Shown here piece by piece: positions 27,601-39,600 of a stretch of 64,000 nucleotides of DNA (position 1 is the first letter of the stretch; each line of letters opens with the position of its first letter). The notes under the pieces are model-generated. The model worked only from the letters and a program-made list of their open reading frames with translations. It did not search any database and was not told the DNA's origin. The DNA comes from Vicugna vicugna (taxonomy: Eukaryota). The position numbers and the translations under genes are program-made. The DNA is taken from assembly GCA_013265495.1 (NCBI GenBank), contig MU058868.1, positions 1,684,587-1,748,586 on the forward strand. The letters run 5' to 3'.

Positions 27601-30600
27601 CGCTGGCGAGAGTGTGGAGGAGGCCTTCTATTACATCCATAGCCTCGTGGTTGCGTGTGAGATCCAGGTGGGTGGTGGCCATCCCGCCCGCCTGTCGTGT
27701 GTGCAGGTGTGGGGGTCCTTGTCGCCTCTTGCTGCTTATTTTGCGGGAATGGCCTTTGAGCAGTCTCTCTGCCAGGAGTGAGCTCCTGCATCTGGAAAAT
27801 GCCACTTCACTGGTTTAAGCTGGCAGATGATCATGGGCTTTTCATTTCTCACTTTATTTTTCAAGTCCGTAAGTCACTCCCATTCGTGGAGCACTAGTGC
27901 GCAGTAGCCCTGGCGCCAGGGCCTCTGTGTACTAAGCTGGCGCACGGTGTTTCGCTTGACCCTCTCGGCACTCCTTTCAAACAAGTTGGCACAGAAAGGT
28001 AGAGACTCGCCACAGTCTCATCGCCGTGAGTGCTGCTGATGCCAGGGCTGCCCTACCCCAGGTTCATGCTCTCCTCACGGTCGCTCTGACCTGCGTCTGG
28101 TTGGTAATGCAGCCCCCAGTCTCCTTCATACGACCTTGAACAGTGCTCTGTTTTCCCATTTTTCCTCCAGGTATGAGTGGAGTGGCCAGTGTTTTTCATG
28201 CCAAAGAAAACCTGAAAATAACCTTGTGATTGGCCTACCAATATCCATCTTACATTTTTTATTCTTATACTCTGATGATTTCTTTTGAAACCTGCATTTC
28301 TTTTGCAGTGACCTCTCATAGTCCTCTGACCTGCTTGCTCAGTAAGGAATGCCAACTGTAGTGTTTGCTTGTTTTGGAAAAGGTTCGCACTCTGGCCAGT
28401 GCAGGAGGGCCAGACAACTTAGTCCTCCTGGATCCCGAGAAGTACAAAGCCAAGTCCCGCCCCGCCGGGTCCCCGGCCGCGGAGGGCAGCGGGTCAACTC
28501 CCCAGTGGCAGATTGGTGAGCAGGAGTTTGAAGCCCTCATGCGGATGCTCGATAATCTGGTAAGAATGTTGCCCCACTCGATGATGAAGCTTTCCTCCTG
28601 ACAGCACAAGCGTCCGTGTCTTTTTGGCGAGTGAAGTCGTCGTGTGAAACGGCCGCCTTCACGCAGCGTCCGGCGCTGTCCCCCTCAGAAGTCATGAGGC
28701 AGCGCCAGGCGGTTTAACCTCTGGTTAAACAGCGATTAAACAGAGGTGAGGGTTTCTTTTCTCCTGTTGTTCTTTAAAAGTAGCCTTGTTTGGACTGTGG
28801 GGACCAGCACAGAGAGCAGTCTGCTCTGCAGGGTGACGGGCTCCTCACGCGGCTGCTTCCGCTCAGTCCCCACCGCCTGCAGGCAGGCTGTCGAGCGGAG
28901 GCCTCCTGAGTCAGGCAGCCAGGTGTCTGCTTGCTTGTTTGGACGGTAAGTGCTAACTGTTGGGACCTGACTGCCGTGCTCCGGGGACTTTGCTGCCGCT
29001 TTCTGCCGGAAGCCCCCTCCTGCTCACGGGAGGCCATGGAGCCCAGCGGGGTGCAGGAGCCGTGACCGGGGGGCCTCCCCGGTGATGGGAGCGCCAGTAT
29101 AACACACGCAGGGTGTGGGCTGCCGGGCTGTGGTGAGGGCTTTCTTCTTCTGTGGGGATCAGGGAGGAGGCTTCGGGTAGAAGACGGCGCTGGCAGGCGG
29201 CCTCTGGAGTGGACAGAAGTGCGGCCGGCTGAGCCGGGAGCGGAAGGGACTGATGACACAGCAGTAGAGCCGGGCCCCTGCCTTCAGGTCCATCTCCGAT
29301 CTTAGCAGGTTCTTTACATATCACAACAAGGCCCTTCGGGGGCCTAAGGTCGAAGCAACCACGTCATAAGACAGCTGGCTCTGAAGCGGGGCCCTCTTGC
29401 TGCTGCAGGTGGAGCCCGAGAGAGCCCGTCCTGCCACCACGTGACGTCGGGGGTTCAGGAAGAGGCCCCGCTACGGGCGTGTGGGGCAGAGAGGCCTTCG
29501 GAAGGGCTGGTGTCCTCCCGTGTGGCCAGCTTCACATAAGAAAGTCCCAACTGTTGGGCCAGGCCACAGACGGGATGGCTGGCTTCTGGGGGCAGGAAGT
29601 GTAACTTTCCTGAAGATCTTGGGACAAAAAGAATGAATGGATCTGGGTCAGGTGTGCTAAGTGTCTTTGGGGGTTCTTCTCACTGAACTTCTTTGGACTT
29701 AGGAGAGTGTTGACTGCTGAAAGGGAGAGCTGGCTGTTAACTGAAGTGATAGTCACAGGAGTAGGTTTGGTCAGTGAGGGAGGAGTGAACAGAGAAAGCA
29801 GAGTCTTCCTTAACTTCTGAATTCATTTGTGCAGCAAAGATGGATTGCATTAGCTGATGGTCGGTTCTTGAGCCTGTGGCCAAGAATGGGACACAGGTCT
29901 TGCCCTCAGGGAATTCATGGTCTAGCCAGGGAAGTGGGCAGGCAGATCCCAGCTGGAGCCCAGCACGTGAGGTGCGTGTGCTGGCTGAGCGTGGTGAAGG
30001 CAGCCGGGGCGGGGCGGGCAGGAGCCAGACTGGTCGAGGGAACAGCGGGAGGAACAGAGCTCGCTGAGAAGACGGAAGAAGCGGCCTCGGGAAAGGCGTG
30101 CCTGCAGAAGGGGTGAGAGTGGGGAGGCGGTGGCCCAGGCGTCTGCGTCCGGAGTTGGAGGCCCTGAGGGCCTGGTGGGGCGAGGGCCACTGGGGTGGCC
30201 CGGTCTCACAGCCCTTCTCCTCTCCTCCGGCCGTTGCTTAGATGGTTCACTGCTGACACCTAGAAGTCTAGTGGGAATGGGAGGGAGGAGGACAAAGCAG
30301 GAACACCAGCTCGCCCCGTCCGTGCACTCAGCATGTTCTGGAAGGTGGAGAGAGACAGGCAGTGGCTGTCACTTGATAGGGAGGAAGACGGAACGACATG
30401 GTGGTAAGTGTGGTGTTCACGACAGCAGAGGCGCTCTACTCGGTGCCCTTAATGCGCGCTGATGGTCGTTTTTAGCGTTAGAAGGCCGTGCCGTTTACAG
30501 GAGGTTAACTGGGCGGCAATCAGTAATCATAGTCTGTGTTTTAATTTAGCATTCTCATCAGCTGTACGTGTTTGCCAGTAACTGAGCAGGGTAGAGAGTA

Positions 30601-33600
30601 CTGGAAGATTCTCACACCATGAGAAGCATTTCATTTTAACAGATACAGTCGGAAGAAATGCTAAGTTGTTTCCCAGTCAAGATACAATTCCACCTTTTCA
30701 AAGAGGGAGTGAATCTGTATTTTTGACTGTGAGCCATGTAGTAAATCTGAGGTCTGAGCAGTGCCTCTAGTTTTGGTTTGGCATATAAAGGGGAAGGTAA
30801 AGAAAAAACCTTACCTTCTCAGGATAAAATTCTGTGAAGTCCTGGGCGGTTTATCCTGAAGTCATGGAGATTGCTCAGGAGCCCCGTCTCTCTAAGCGAG
30901 AGGAAACTGGAGTTAATGAGGCCTGTGTTTTTCTGAAGACACGCCTTTTACAGCTGAGCCATCACTCTTCTCACCCTTCCGCGCAGCGCGCCCGTAGACG
31001 GAGGAGCTGCCGGCGCAGGCGTTTTCCTGTCTCCCTGAGGACAGTCACGTAATGGAGCAAAACAACAGCTCCGCTCAGGGACTGTCACCGCCCTTTTTTG
31101 AATGTATTAAAGGAGTGATTGCTGATGAAGGTGGCCCCCCAAAGAGGAGAATCACCCAGAGGGAAGAGCGTTCTCGAATAGAGAGGGACGTTTCTAAAGT
31201 ACTTCAGCGAGGGCCGTGCAGGCCGCGGACTCACCTCACAGGACAAACCCTGTGCCATCCTTTCACATCTCAGTTCTCTCATGTTCATTGCGAAGGTGCA
31301 GTGAGTGACCTGGTCCGGATACGAGTGCGGGTCAGGAGTCCTGGCTCAGCATGGCACTTGGCCCGGCTGGGTCCTCATCGGAAGGCTGTGCTGGTGGACA
31401 CCGCGCTCCCAGACCCTCAGTCGCAGGCGGAATTCAGGCTCTTAGGGCTCCGGGAGCCGCGGCAGCTTGCGCCCTGGGAGCCCGCGCGGCGGGAGGGTGC
31501 TCTCCGGAGGGCTCCTCGCCCTGTGGAACGTGTCCCCCCACCTCTGCTGAATCCTGCTGGTTTGAAGCAGGTCACGGGTCCTGCTCACTCCCTGGGAAGG
31601 CCTTTCCAGGAGGTGGGGACCTCGGGGCCCACTGTAGTGCCCGTGTGGGACAGCTTCCCATTGCCGAGCACGGGGGGCGATTGAGACGGCACCCGTACCT
31701 GGCCGCCTGGGGGATCAGCAGGCAGGCTGCTCGGCGCCGGGGGCCGGGTGCTGGCAAGGAGGCGTGAGTTCGTGGGGGACGTGTTTTAAAACATAGTAAA
31801 TGGTCATGAGACAGCGCTAAAGCTTAACTCGAATGTTACAACGTTCAAAGGTAAAGTGATTTTGCCAAGAACCAGCTGATCTTCCCTAAAGATTATCACT
31901 GTATTTAAACTGTGATTTAAAAGGTAGAAAAAAGAAGTATTAAGCAGGTTGATTAACGTCACTTGCACCGTGGCCAGCAGCAAGTAGACCCTGACTGTGC
32001 TTTTAAATTTTAGCTCAGTTGAGATACGTGTACGCAGAAGAGTGCACTGTTTAAGTGTTTACTTTATTAATTTTTAAGAACTGACACAGCAGCACCCAGA
32101 TCAAAAAACACCACCAGCTCTCAGAGCCCCTGCCCCGCCTTGAGTCTCTTGCCCCGTCCCAGGGGCGGCCCCGTCCTGCCTTCTGGCAGCAAAGACTGGT
32201 TTTGCTGCTTTTTGTACTTTTTATAAACGGAATCGTATTTGTGTTCTTGCACATTTGGTTCCTTGGGCTCCACACCCTGTTTGTGATTCACCCGAGTGTC
32301 GCGCCTCGTGGTGGAGAATCCGCTGCTGTGTGAATGCACCGCAGTTGCCCATTCTGCTGGCGACGGGCTTCTGGGTGTCCCCCACCTGGGGCTCTGGGCC
32401 GAGTGCTGCTGCCAGCATTCTGATTCCTGCCTCTTGGTGAACGTGCTTGCGTTTCTCTTGGGCATGCTTGTAGGAGTGGGGTTGCTGAACCATAGCTGTG
32501 CTTATATTCAGCTGTGGGAGACATCTCCACACAGTCCCCCAAAGTGAAGCTCTGTGTTGAGATCTGGAATACTGACTGTCTCTCGCTCTCTTTGGACCCT
32601 AGGGTTACAGAACTGGCTACCCATATCGATACCCTGCTCTGAGAGAGAAATCTAAAAAACACAGCGATGTGGAGGTCCCTGCGAGTGTCACGGGTTACCC
32701 CTTTGCTAGTGACGGTGACTCGGGCACTTGCTCGCCTCTCAGACACAGTTTTCAGAAGCAGCAACGAGAGAAGACAAGGTGGCTGAACTCTGGCCGGGGT
32801 GAGGATGCTTCTGAGGAAGGGCCGNNNNNNNNNNNNNNNNNNNNNNNNNNNNNNNNNNNNNNNNNNNNNNNNNNNNNNNNNNNNNNNNNNNNNNNNNNNN
32901 NNNNNNNNNNNNNNNNNNNNNNNNNNNNNNNNNNNNNNNNNNNNNNNNNNNNNNNNNNNNNNNNNNNNNNNNNNNNNNNNNNNNNNNNNNNNNNNNNNNN
33001 NNNNGCTTCGGAGGCTTTGGGACCCAGCCCACCTGGCCCAGGTTTAAAGCGAACCTCCCTCATTAACCTTCTTCAGCCTGAACCCAGATCCACTTTAGGC
33101 GTAGCTGTAATTCAAGTAATTCTCTCTGCTTGAAACTGCTTAAGATGCATTGTCCCTCCTCGGTAACTGAGCATCACCTAACTCCGCACACAGCACAAGT
33201 TCCCCGTAACTCACCTGTATTAACCTCAAAGTAGGAGCTGTCATTCAGTTCGAATTGTGTTAGAAGAATCTTTGAAAAAGGTAGTTGAATCGTAACCTGT
33301 TACTTTAATGCTGTAAATTCCAGCTGTTTCATTAAGTCATTAACCCAAGTCTGTTCTTTAAAGTCTTCAGTGTTTTCTTAAGCAGTTTTCCCTTGTGGCT
33401 CATGGGCGACTCCTCCTCGTACCCTGGTCCTTTCTCGTTAGCCTCCTTCCCTGCTTGCCGTCCCAAAGCCTCCGAATGCTCTCAGCCGGCTGCCTTCTGC
33501 ATGGACTGTTGCATGTGAGTAGTCGGCCGTGGTGGTGAGTCTTCTGACTCCTGCTGGGTGCGGCATGACCCAAGTGCAGCGCAGGCCCGCGACACACGCT

Positions 33601-36600
33601 GTGAGGGAGCTTCATGTCGGGAGTAGCGCTGTCCTGACAGATACTCCACTGCCCTGGGGCCCCCGCGTCCCTGCGCAGCCCTGGCCCTGGCCAGTCCACC
33701 GGCCCCTGCGTCAGAGCAGGAGAGGCCCTGGAGTGGAGTCTCCTGTGAGGAGGCTGAGGCCGGGTCGGACACGTCTCTGCATGACTAGTTCTGTAGGTGA
33801 AATCGGCTTTGAGGGCCTAAGAGAGGGGCACCAAGTAAGCCAGGTGGGCTTTCCTGCCGCCTTGTAACAGTCTTTTGCTTTGTAGATGTTTTTAAAAGAA
33901 AGAAGTTCTGTCTTCCCCAGGTGGTTCTGGTGTCTTCCTGATGCACAGTTGGGGAGAGAGCCTCTGTGCTCCTCGGGGAACGTGTCTCGAGGCCCAGGCT
34001 CTGCGTGAACATGGCGGGGCCCCGTCTCTCCTCCTCCCTGCTCCCTCCCACCCTTCTTCCCCCTCTCTCCCTCTTTTCTTTTTTCATTTCATTTGTTTAG
34101 TTTTTAATTTATTTTACTCGTTAAAGGGAGTGGGCCTAAAACCAACTTGCTGCTGACCGTGTGCGTACGCAGTGCTGAGTTCCTGTGATGGATTTCTCCA
34201 GAGTGTGTGCGCAGCAGCAGCTTTGAGCATTACTTACTGTTAGCTTGAAAACATTAGCTCACTGTAGGTATTTTAGTCACTGTGTACATTGAAGGGGAGA
34301 CCTTGTTCAGCTTTTAGATTTATTTCTTACTGTTCTGGAGTAAGACACATTCCATGCAGTGTTCCCAGGTTGGTATATTAATTTACAATAACTGTCGTTA
34401 AGTTCTCAAACGTGTTGAAGCTTCTAAGGTGGTTGCTTTGATGTTTTGACTAAAATCATGTTTACTGAGAAGCCGGAGCTATTCCTGCCTGGGAGGATAG
34501 CGGCAGTGAGTACCCGCGGCTCATGTCCATCCCACGCGGCCGCGCAGCGGCCCAGCATCCGACAGCCTCGCTGCTTTCTTGAAAGTCTCACATTTATGGC
34601 TATCTTACTGCCTCTGGAAAATATTCTGAAAGGCGTAACATTCGCTCTGTAAGATGGGCTCGTTTTAGTGTTCAGTGCCTATTCATGCCTGAAAAACTGA
34701 ATTTGATGAAAAATCGCATACTGGATTGGAGGTCCAAAAATAAACGCTGGAGTGCAGGCACGGTGCGCCGGTGATGCGCGCTGATCTCTGAAACAGCCTC
34801 CGGGGGGGCTCATGAGCGCTTCAAGTTTGTTTGGGACATTTTTGTGTCACTCCGAATTATTAAGTTATATAAAATATTTGACATCACCAAACTCCTCCAC
34901 CAGGCAGCTACTGTATAGTCTTCATACAGTAATTATCTTGGGTTGAAATAGCTACGCAAACAGTACGTTCTGGTGCTGCGCTGCATTTTAATGCAGACCT
35001 TTGGTGATGTCTGCTCGTGCCTCACCGCACAGAGTCTCCCCTCACCCGCAGCAGCATCACACCGCTTTTCATGACCTCATCATCTCATGCTTCCAGCCGG
35101 CTTTGGTGTCGATGACTCTCGGAGCGGTGAACCAACGTGCTCTGAAGGGTCCCCCGTGGCCAGTCTGAGGGGGTCACGGGGCGTAACCCATGTCGTGGCC
35201 TGGATTTCAGCTGGGCTTTCTGACTGGCGCATGCCAGTTGGTCACGACTCTGGCTTCCAGCATTACTGGTCTCCAGCCACCTCAGTGATGAGGCGCTGTG
35301 GGCGTTGGTTCACCCTCTGTGATGTTCAGTGCATGACCAGATGTGAGATAAGTTGGACAGACTGGATGCTGTGGTGTCACTTNNNNNNNNNNNNNNNNNN
35401 NNNNNNNNNNNNNNNNNNNNNNNNNNNNNNNNNNNNNNNNNNNNNNNNNNNNNNNNNNNNNNNNNNNNNNNNNNNNNNNNNNNNNNNNNNNNNNNNNNNN
35501 NNNNNNNNNNNNNNNNNNNNNNNNNNNNNNNNNNNNNNNNNNNNNNCCAGTGATGGGTGGACACTGCGGGAGGAGGCGGCCGGGTTGGGCGGGGGAGTGC
35601 TCGCTCTGAGAGGACTTCGGCTGCCACCACCGTGATGGCCGAGGTCCCCTCTGCGCCCTGCTTTGCTGTTGTGCTAACAAGGTGTGGTGTGGGAGCAGCG
35701 GGCGGTTTGGGCCCCATTCTTGAACTGGCACGCGCTCACGTAGCAGAGCAGAGTTGGCAGCCACAGAGCCTCTTCCCGGCAAGCACAGCCTGTGCCCCTG
35801 CCTTGCAGCATTCGTTGGAAGAGGTGTGAGTGTTTGGTGTGCTGGAGCACGAGGTCCACCAGTGTTCACGGTGGCACCTCAGATGGGCACACGGGGTGTT
35901 TCCTCTTGTGTCAGTGAGTTGGGTGAGGAACCTGTGCCTGCCCAGGCCCTCTAGGAGGTGCAGGGAGTCAGGAATGGGCCCTAAATCCGTCCCCTCAGAC
36001 TCAGGAGCTTACCAGGTGGGTTGGACCAGCGCCGTCAGGCAGGCGCAGGGTCACACAGGACCCGTTGGGGCGCTGGCGGGACAGAAGAGCGGCTTGTGTG
36101 TGACTGGGGCGGGCGCCTGCAGGGTGCGCCTTGCAGCTCAGCGAGCCTTCTCTGTGCTGTTGGTGTGTGTCTCCTTCTTGCCGTCCTCAGATTCGAGAGC
36201 AGAACTTGCAGGACATTAAGACGGCTGGCCCCCAGTCGCAGGTTTTGTGTGGTGTGGCGATGGACAGGAGCCTGGTCCAGGTGAGAGCTCAGAGCGTCTC
36301 TGGCCTTTGTGGGTGGTGGCTCTAATGACCGTTGGGAAAGAATGACAAGGTAAGTGTTCTAGGCAGCCGCTTACCTTTGTTAAAATCTTCATGGTGAGGA
36401 ATAACCCAGCCACTTTTCCTCGAGTTGGAGACCAGGCACACGCACGCCCACGGCCTCGCCCTCCCTCCGCCCGCTCCGCGGAACGCATGCCTGTGTGAGG
36501 GCGGCGCCCGCAGCGCCTGCTTGGGGCCCAGGCTCGTGGCTTTCGTGGTGTGTGGGTAAAGTGCTCGAGGCGGGTGGGCTCAGTGGACCTCGGCTCTTGT

Positions 36601-39600
36601 ACAACTGCTGTCCTCAGCGAAGTGCTGCTCGGGGAGGAGTGGTCGCAGAGGGTTCCTGTAAATGTGACGCACATTTACACGCGTTTCTGTGCAAGGGCTG
36701 CACCTCGTGGCACAGTGGAGGTGACTGCGTAAGTAGTTACCTCGGAAAGTCACGTTGCCACCGAGCGCTTTCAGCACCAGAGTAGGGGACTGCTGTTGCA
36801 TCGTTTGGGTTCGACCAGCCGTGCTCCCGGTTCTGGGTCCGTGTTTGCACGTGGCACCGCCATCCCCGCTGCGCTCGCTCCTGGGCTGTCTCCGCTGCAT
36901 GCTCTCAGCTGGCTCCATCCTGTGCTCTCATCGGTGTTTCAAAGCCGGGCCTGGTGGGCTCTGACGACTCAGTTTACTGTTGCAGGACGCGCCCCTCTCT
37001 GACTGTACGGAAACAATCGAAGGGCTCGAGCGTACAGAGCAGGCCTTTAGTCCCGCTAGAGCTCTCTCTTTTAGAAAGGTACACACTGCCCTGCCCCCCG
37101 CCACCGCCAGCACACCCTGCTCTTCCGCCTGCCCTGCCCCTCCTGTCTGCTCCCGCTCCGTACTGTCTTAGTTGCTGCAGGGCCTCTAAACGGACCTTTG
37201 AATTATTTGTGAGATTGTACAGAAGGTTCTGTTCTGCCTACTCTGTTCTTTAATGAAAACGTTTTGTATGGAATTTTTACGATTTTCAGCATTTGTGTGT
37301 TGTGCTGAGAAGTGGCTGGCCTTAGTGATGTGGTGCGTTTCTCAAGTTCCGCGTGTGATGGGTCAGTGCATGTCGGGGGGTTTTGGAAACGTGCCTTTTA
37401 CAATGTGAGGATCTCGAAGGCTCGCGTGGGTACACGGTGAGCAGTGTGGCGGTGCTCCCTGGAGAGTCTGCCTCTGCTTGCTCGGCCGTGACCAGGGATG
37501 TCACGAACATGGCAGCCAGAGTCTGTGTCATTTCAGAGGAATGGGAACAATACAGAACAGTTTGTGTCAGCCCTTGCTGATGAAATGTATTTTTACCTAA
37601 AAAAATAGAATCTTAGGTAATTGTTTAAAATGTTTCAAGGCGGGGAAAGACTTGGGAAAATTTGAAATCCCAGACTGAATTTCTCTAGCTGCACGTGTAC
37701 CTGACGTGCACAGCAGGTGGGACGTGCGTCCAGGATGACCTGCCAGGCAGAAGGAACCCCTCTGCGTGCTCAGGCTGCTGGGTGCAGAGCCTGGGGCCGC
37801 GCGGCTGAGGCCCCGTGTCCGTGGGAGGCCTCCAGGGTCCGCCCATCAGCCTGGGGCCATGCAGCTGAGGCCCTGTGTCCGTGGGGGCCTCTGGGGTCCG
37901 CCCCTCAGTGAGTTGCACCCCCAGCGAGGAGCGGGTCTGACCAGTGGTTCCGTGCGTCTGTCTGGCGTCCCCGCTGAGCAAGTTACTTTGCGTATTTATG
38001 TATTCATTCCGTGGGGCCCCTTTTTCCTTGTCCTTAGAATGTGCTTCCAGCGACCCTTCTTGGAGGAGCTTCTCGAGGAAGGGAGAAGATGTGTTCTCAC
38101 CCCACTCAGCCTGTTTTCGCGTTTGGTGCTCTGGACCGTGAGCTGTTGTGATCTGGTTGGTTCGTGACTCTTTACCTGGGGTGTGGGTGTGCGAGGAGTC
38201 CACGAGCCCAGGGGTGGGCCCAGGCTGGCTCACCGGCGTTGCTCTGCAGGCCCTTTGGCATCCTGCTGCTCCGGGTGGTTTCAGGCTGTTCTTGGGAGCT
38301 GGCAGGAGGGCCGCCTGGGAGCTGTACTGAAGGGTGCTCTGTGCCCAGCTCCTCGTCCCGCCACAGTGTGGCTTTTGCCCTGCCCGGCGGTGCGCAGGTC
38401 TGAGGTGTGACGCAGTCACGTGTGACTGCTTCGTGAGGTGTGTCTGCAGGAGCCCCGTGCCTGGCTGGGAAACGAGAGCCTGTGGGAGTGAAGTTCCGTG
38501 TCGCCCGTGTGGTCGGAGCAGCGTGCTGGCTGGGAGCGCTGTGTCCGGGGGAGTTAGCAGAGAGGGCTGCTTCCAGCTGGGAGGTGTGGGTGCCCCTGCA
38601 TGGAGCTCTGTTCCCGCTTCCCCCCTGCTCTCTTTCTGGTGCTCACATTGGCACCCTTGGTCTTTTCCCCACCGACTAAGCACATTTCATTTTTATGGCA
38701 AAAACGTGCTTTGGCTCCACTGACGCCCTTGGCTGGGGCCGTGTCCACATCCTTGGAGTGGACCCCGGAGTGCAGGTGGTGTTACGCCCGGAAGATGGCA
38801 CTGCTCACCAGGCACGCTGAATTCCTCCTCCACGAGCAAGAGGGACTAGGGCTGTTCACATTCTAAGCACGGCCCTCTCCCCGTTAGACGGGTGCGGCAC
38901 ACTTTCTTTGGGGGGACCTGAGGGGCAAGTGTCTGCGACTTGGGAAGTTGTTGCTTTTCTGGAGGAACTTTGGTTTCACCTCTCCCTCCTGGTGACGGCT
39001 GTCCACATAGGGCAGGGATGTCTTCTGATGGAGGAGGGGGCAGGGAGTCGCCAGCCACACCCGATGCTGCAGTTCCGGGAGGACACTGGGCCCAGCCAGA
39101 GGTGCTCTGACTTCAGCGTTGCACAGGCCAGCATGCGGCCTGAAGCAATTTTGGCTGCCTTCTGGACTTCACTGCAGGTGAATCGAGTTGTTAGAGCCCA
39201 GGGTGTGACAGTTTACACTGCAGGCTGTCCAGTGGAGGGAAGAGCTCTGTTGTCCTACTTGTGTAGCGCAAGGTTCCCTACTCCGTGTGTGCTGGCTGCT
39301 GTGTGGTGGAAACGTGAGGGGGCTTGGGGCTCGCCTTGTGGGGTTGCTTGGTGAACTCGGTGTTGAACACCTAGTATGTGTGTGGCCTAGCACCAAAAAT
39401 GTACATTCAAGTATGGGTAGGTTTTACTGATGAAAGCCTGATGCTCAGAGAGGTCAGGTCACCAGCCCAGGCTTGCACAGCTTCGGAGGTGGAGCTGTCG
39501 TCGCACACAGGCCGCATGGGTTCTGCTTGGAGCCTGTGGCGGGCCGGCCGAAGCGAGAGAAGCAGCGGGAGCCTCTCCGGGGAGCGCCGGTCCTCCCTGG

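Noticed and set aside
31052-31684. 210-aa plus-strand intronic ORF starting with ATG
   Set aside because: No recognisable protein similarity or promoter evidence; plausible by chance at this GC content
34739-34744. Intronic AATAAA in ADD1 intron 10 as a premature polyA site
   Set aside because: No clear downstream U/GU element; isolated hexamers are common in introns
34697-34797. C/D-box snoRNA-like pattern (TTGATGA at 34703, CTGA at 34781 and 34788)
   Set aside because: Imperfect C box, weak bulged terminal stem, no recognisable guide; would need an Rfam or snoscan hit
37685-38683. 332-aa minus-strand ORF in an ADD1 intron
   Set aside because: GC-rich intronic sequence including a tandem repeat; no recognisable homology or exon structure
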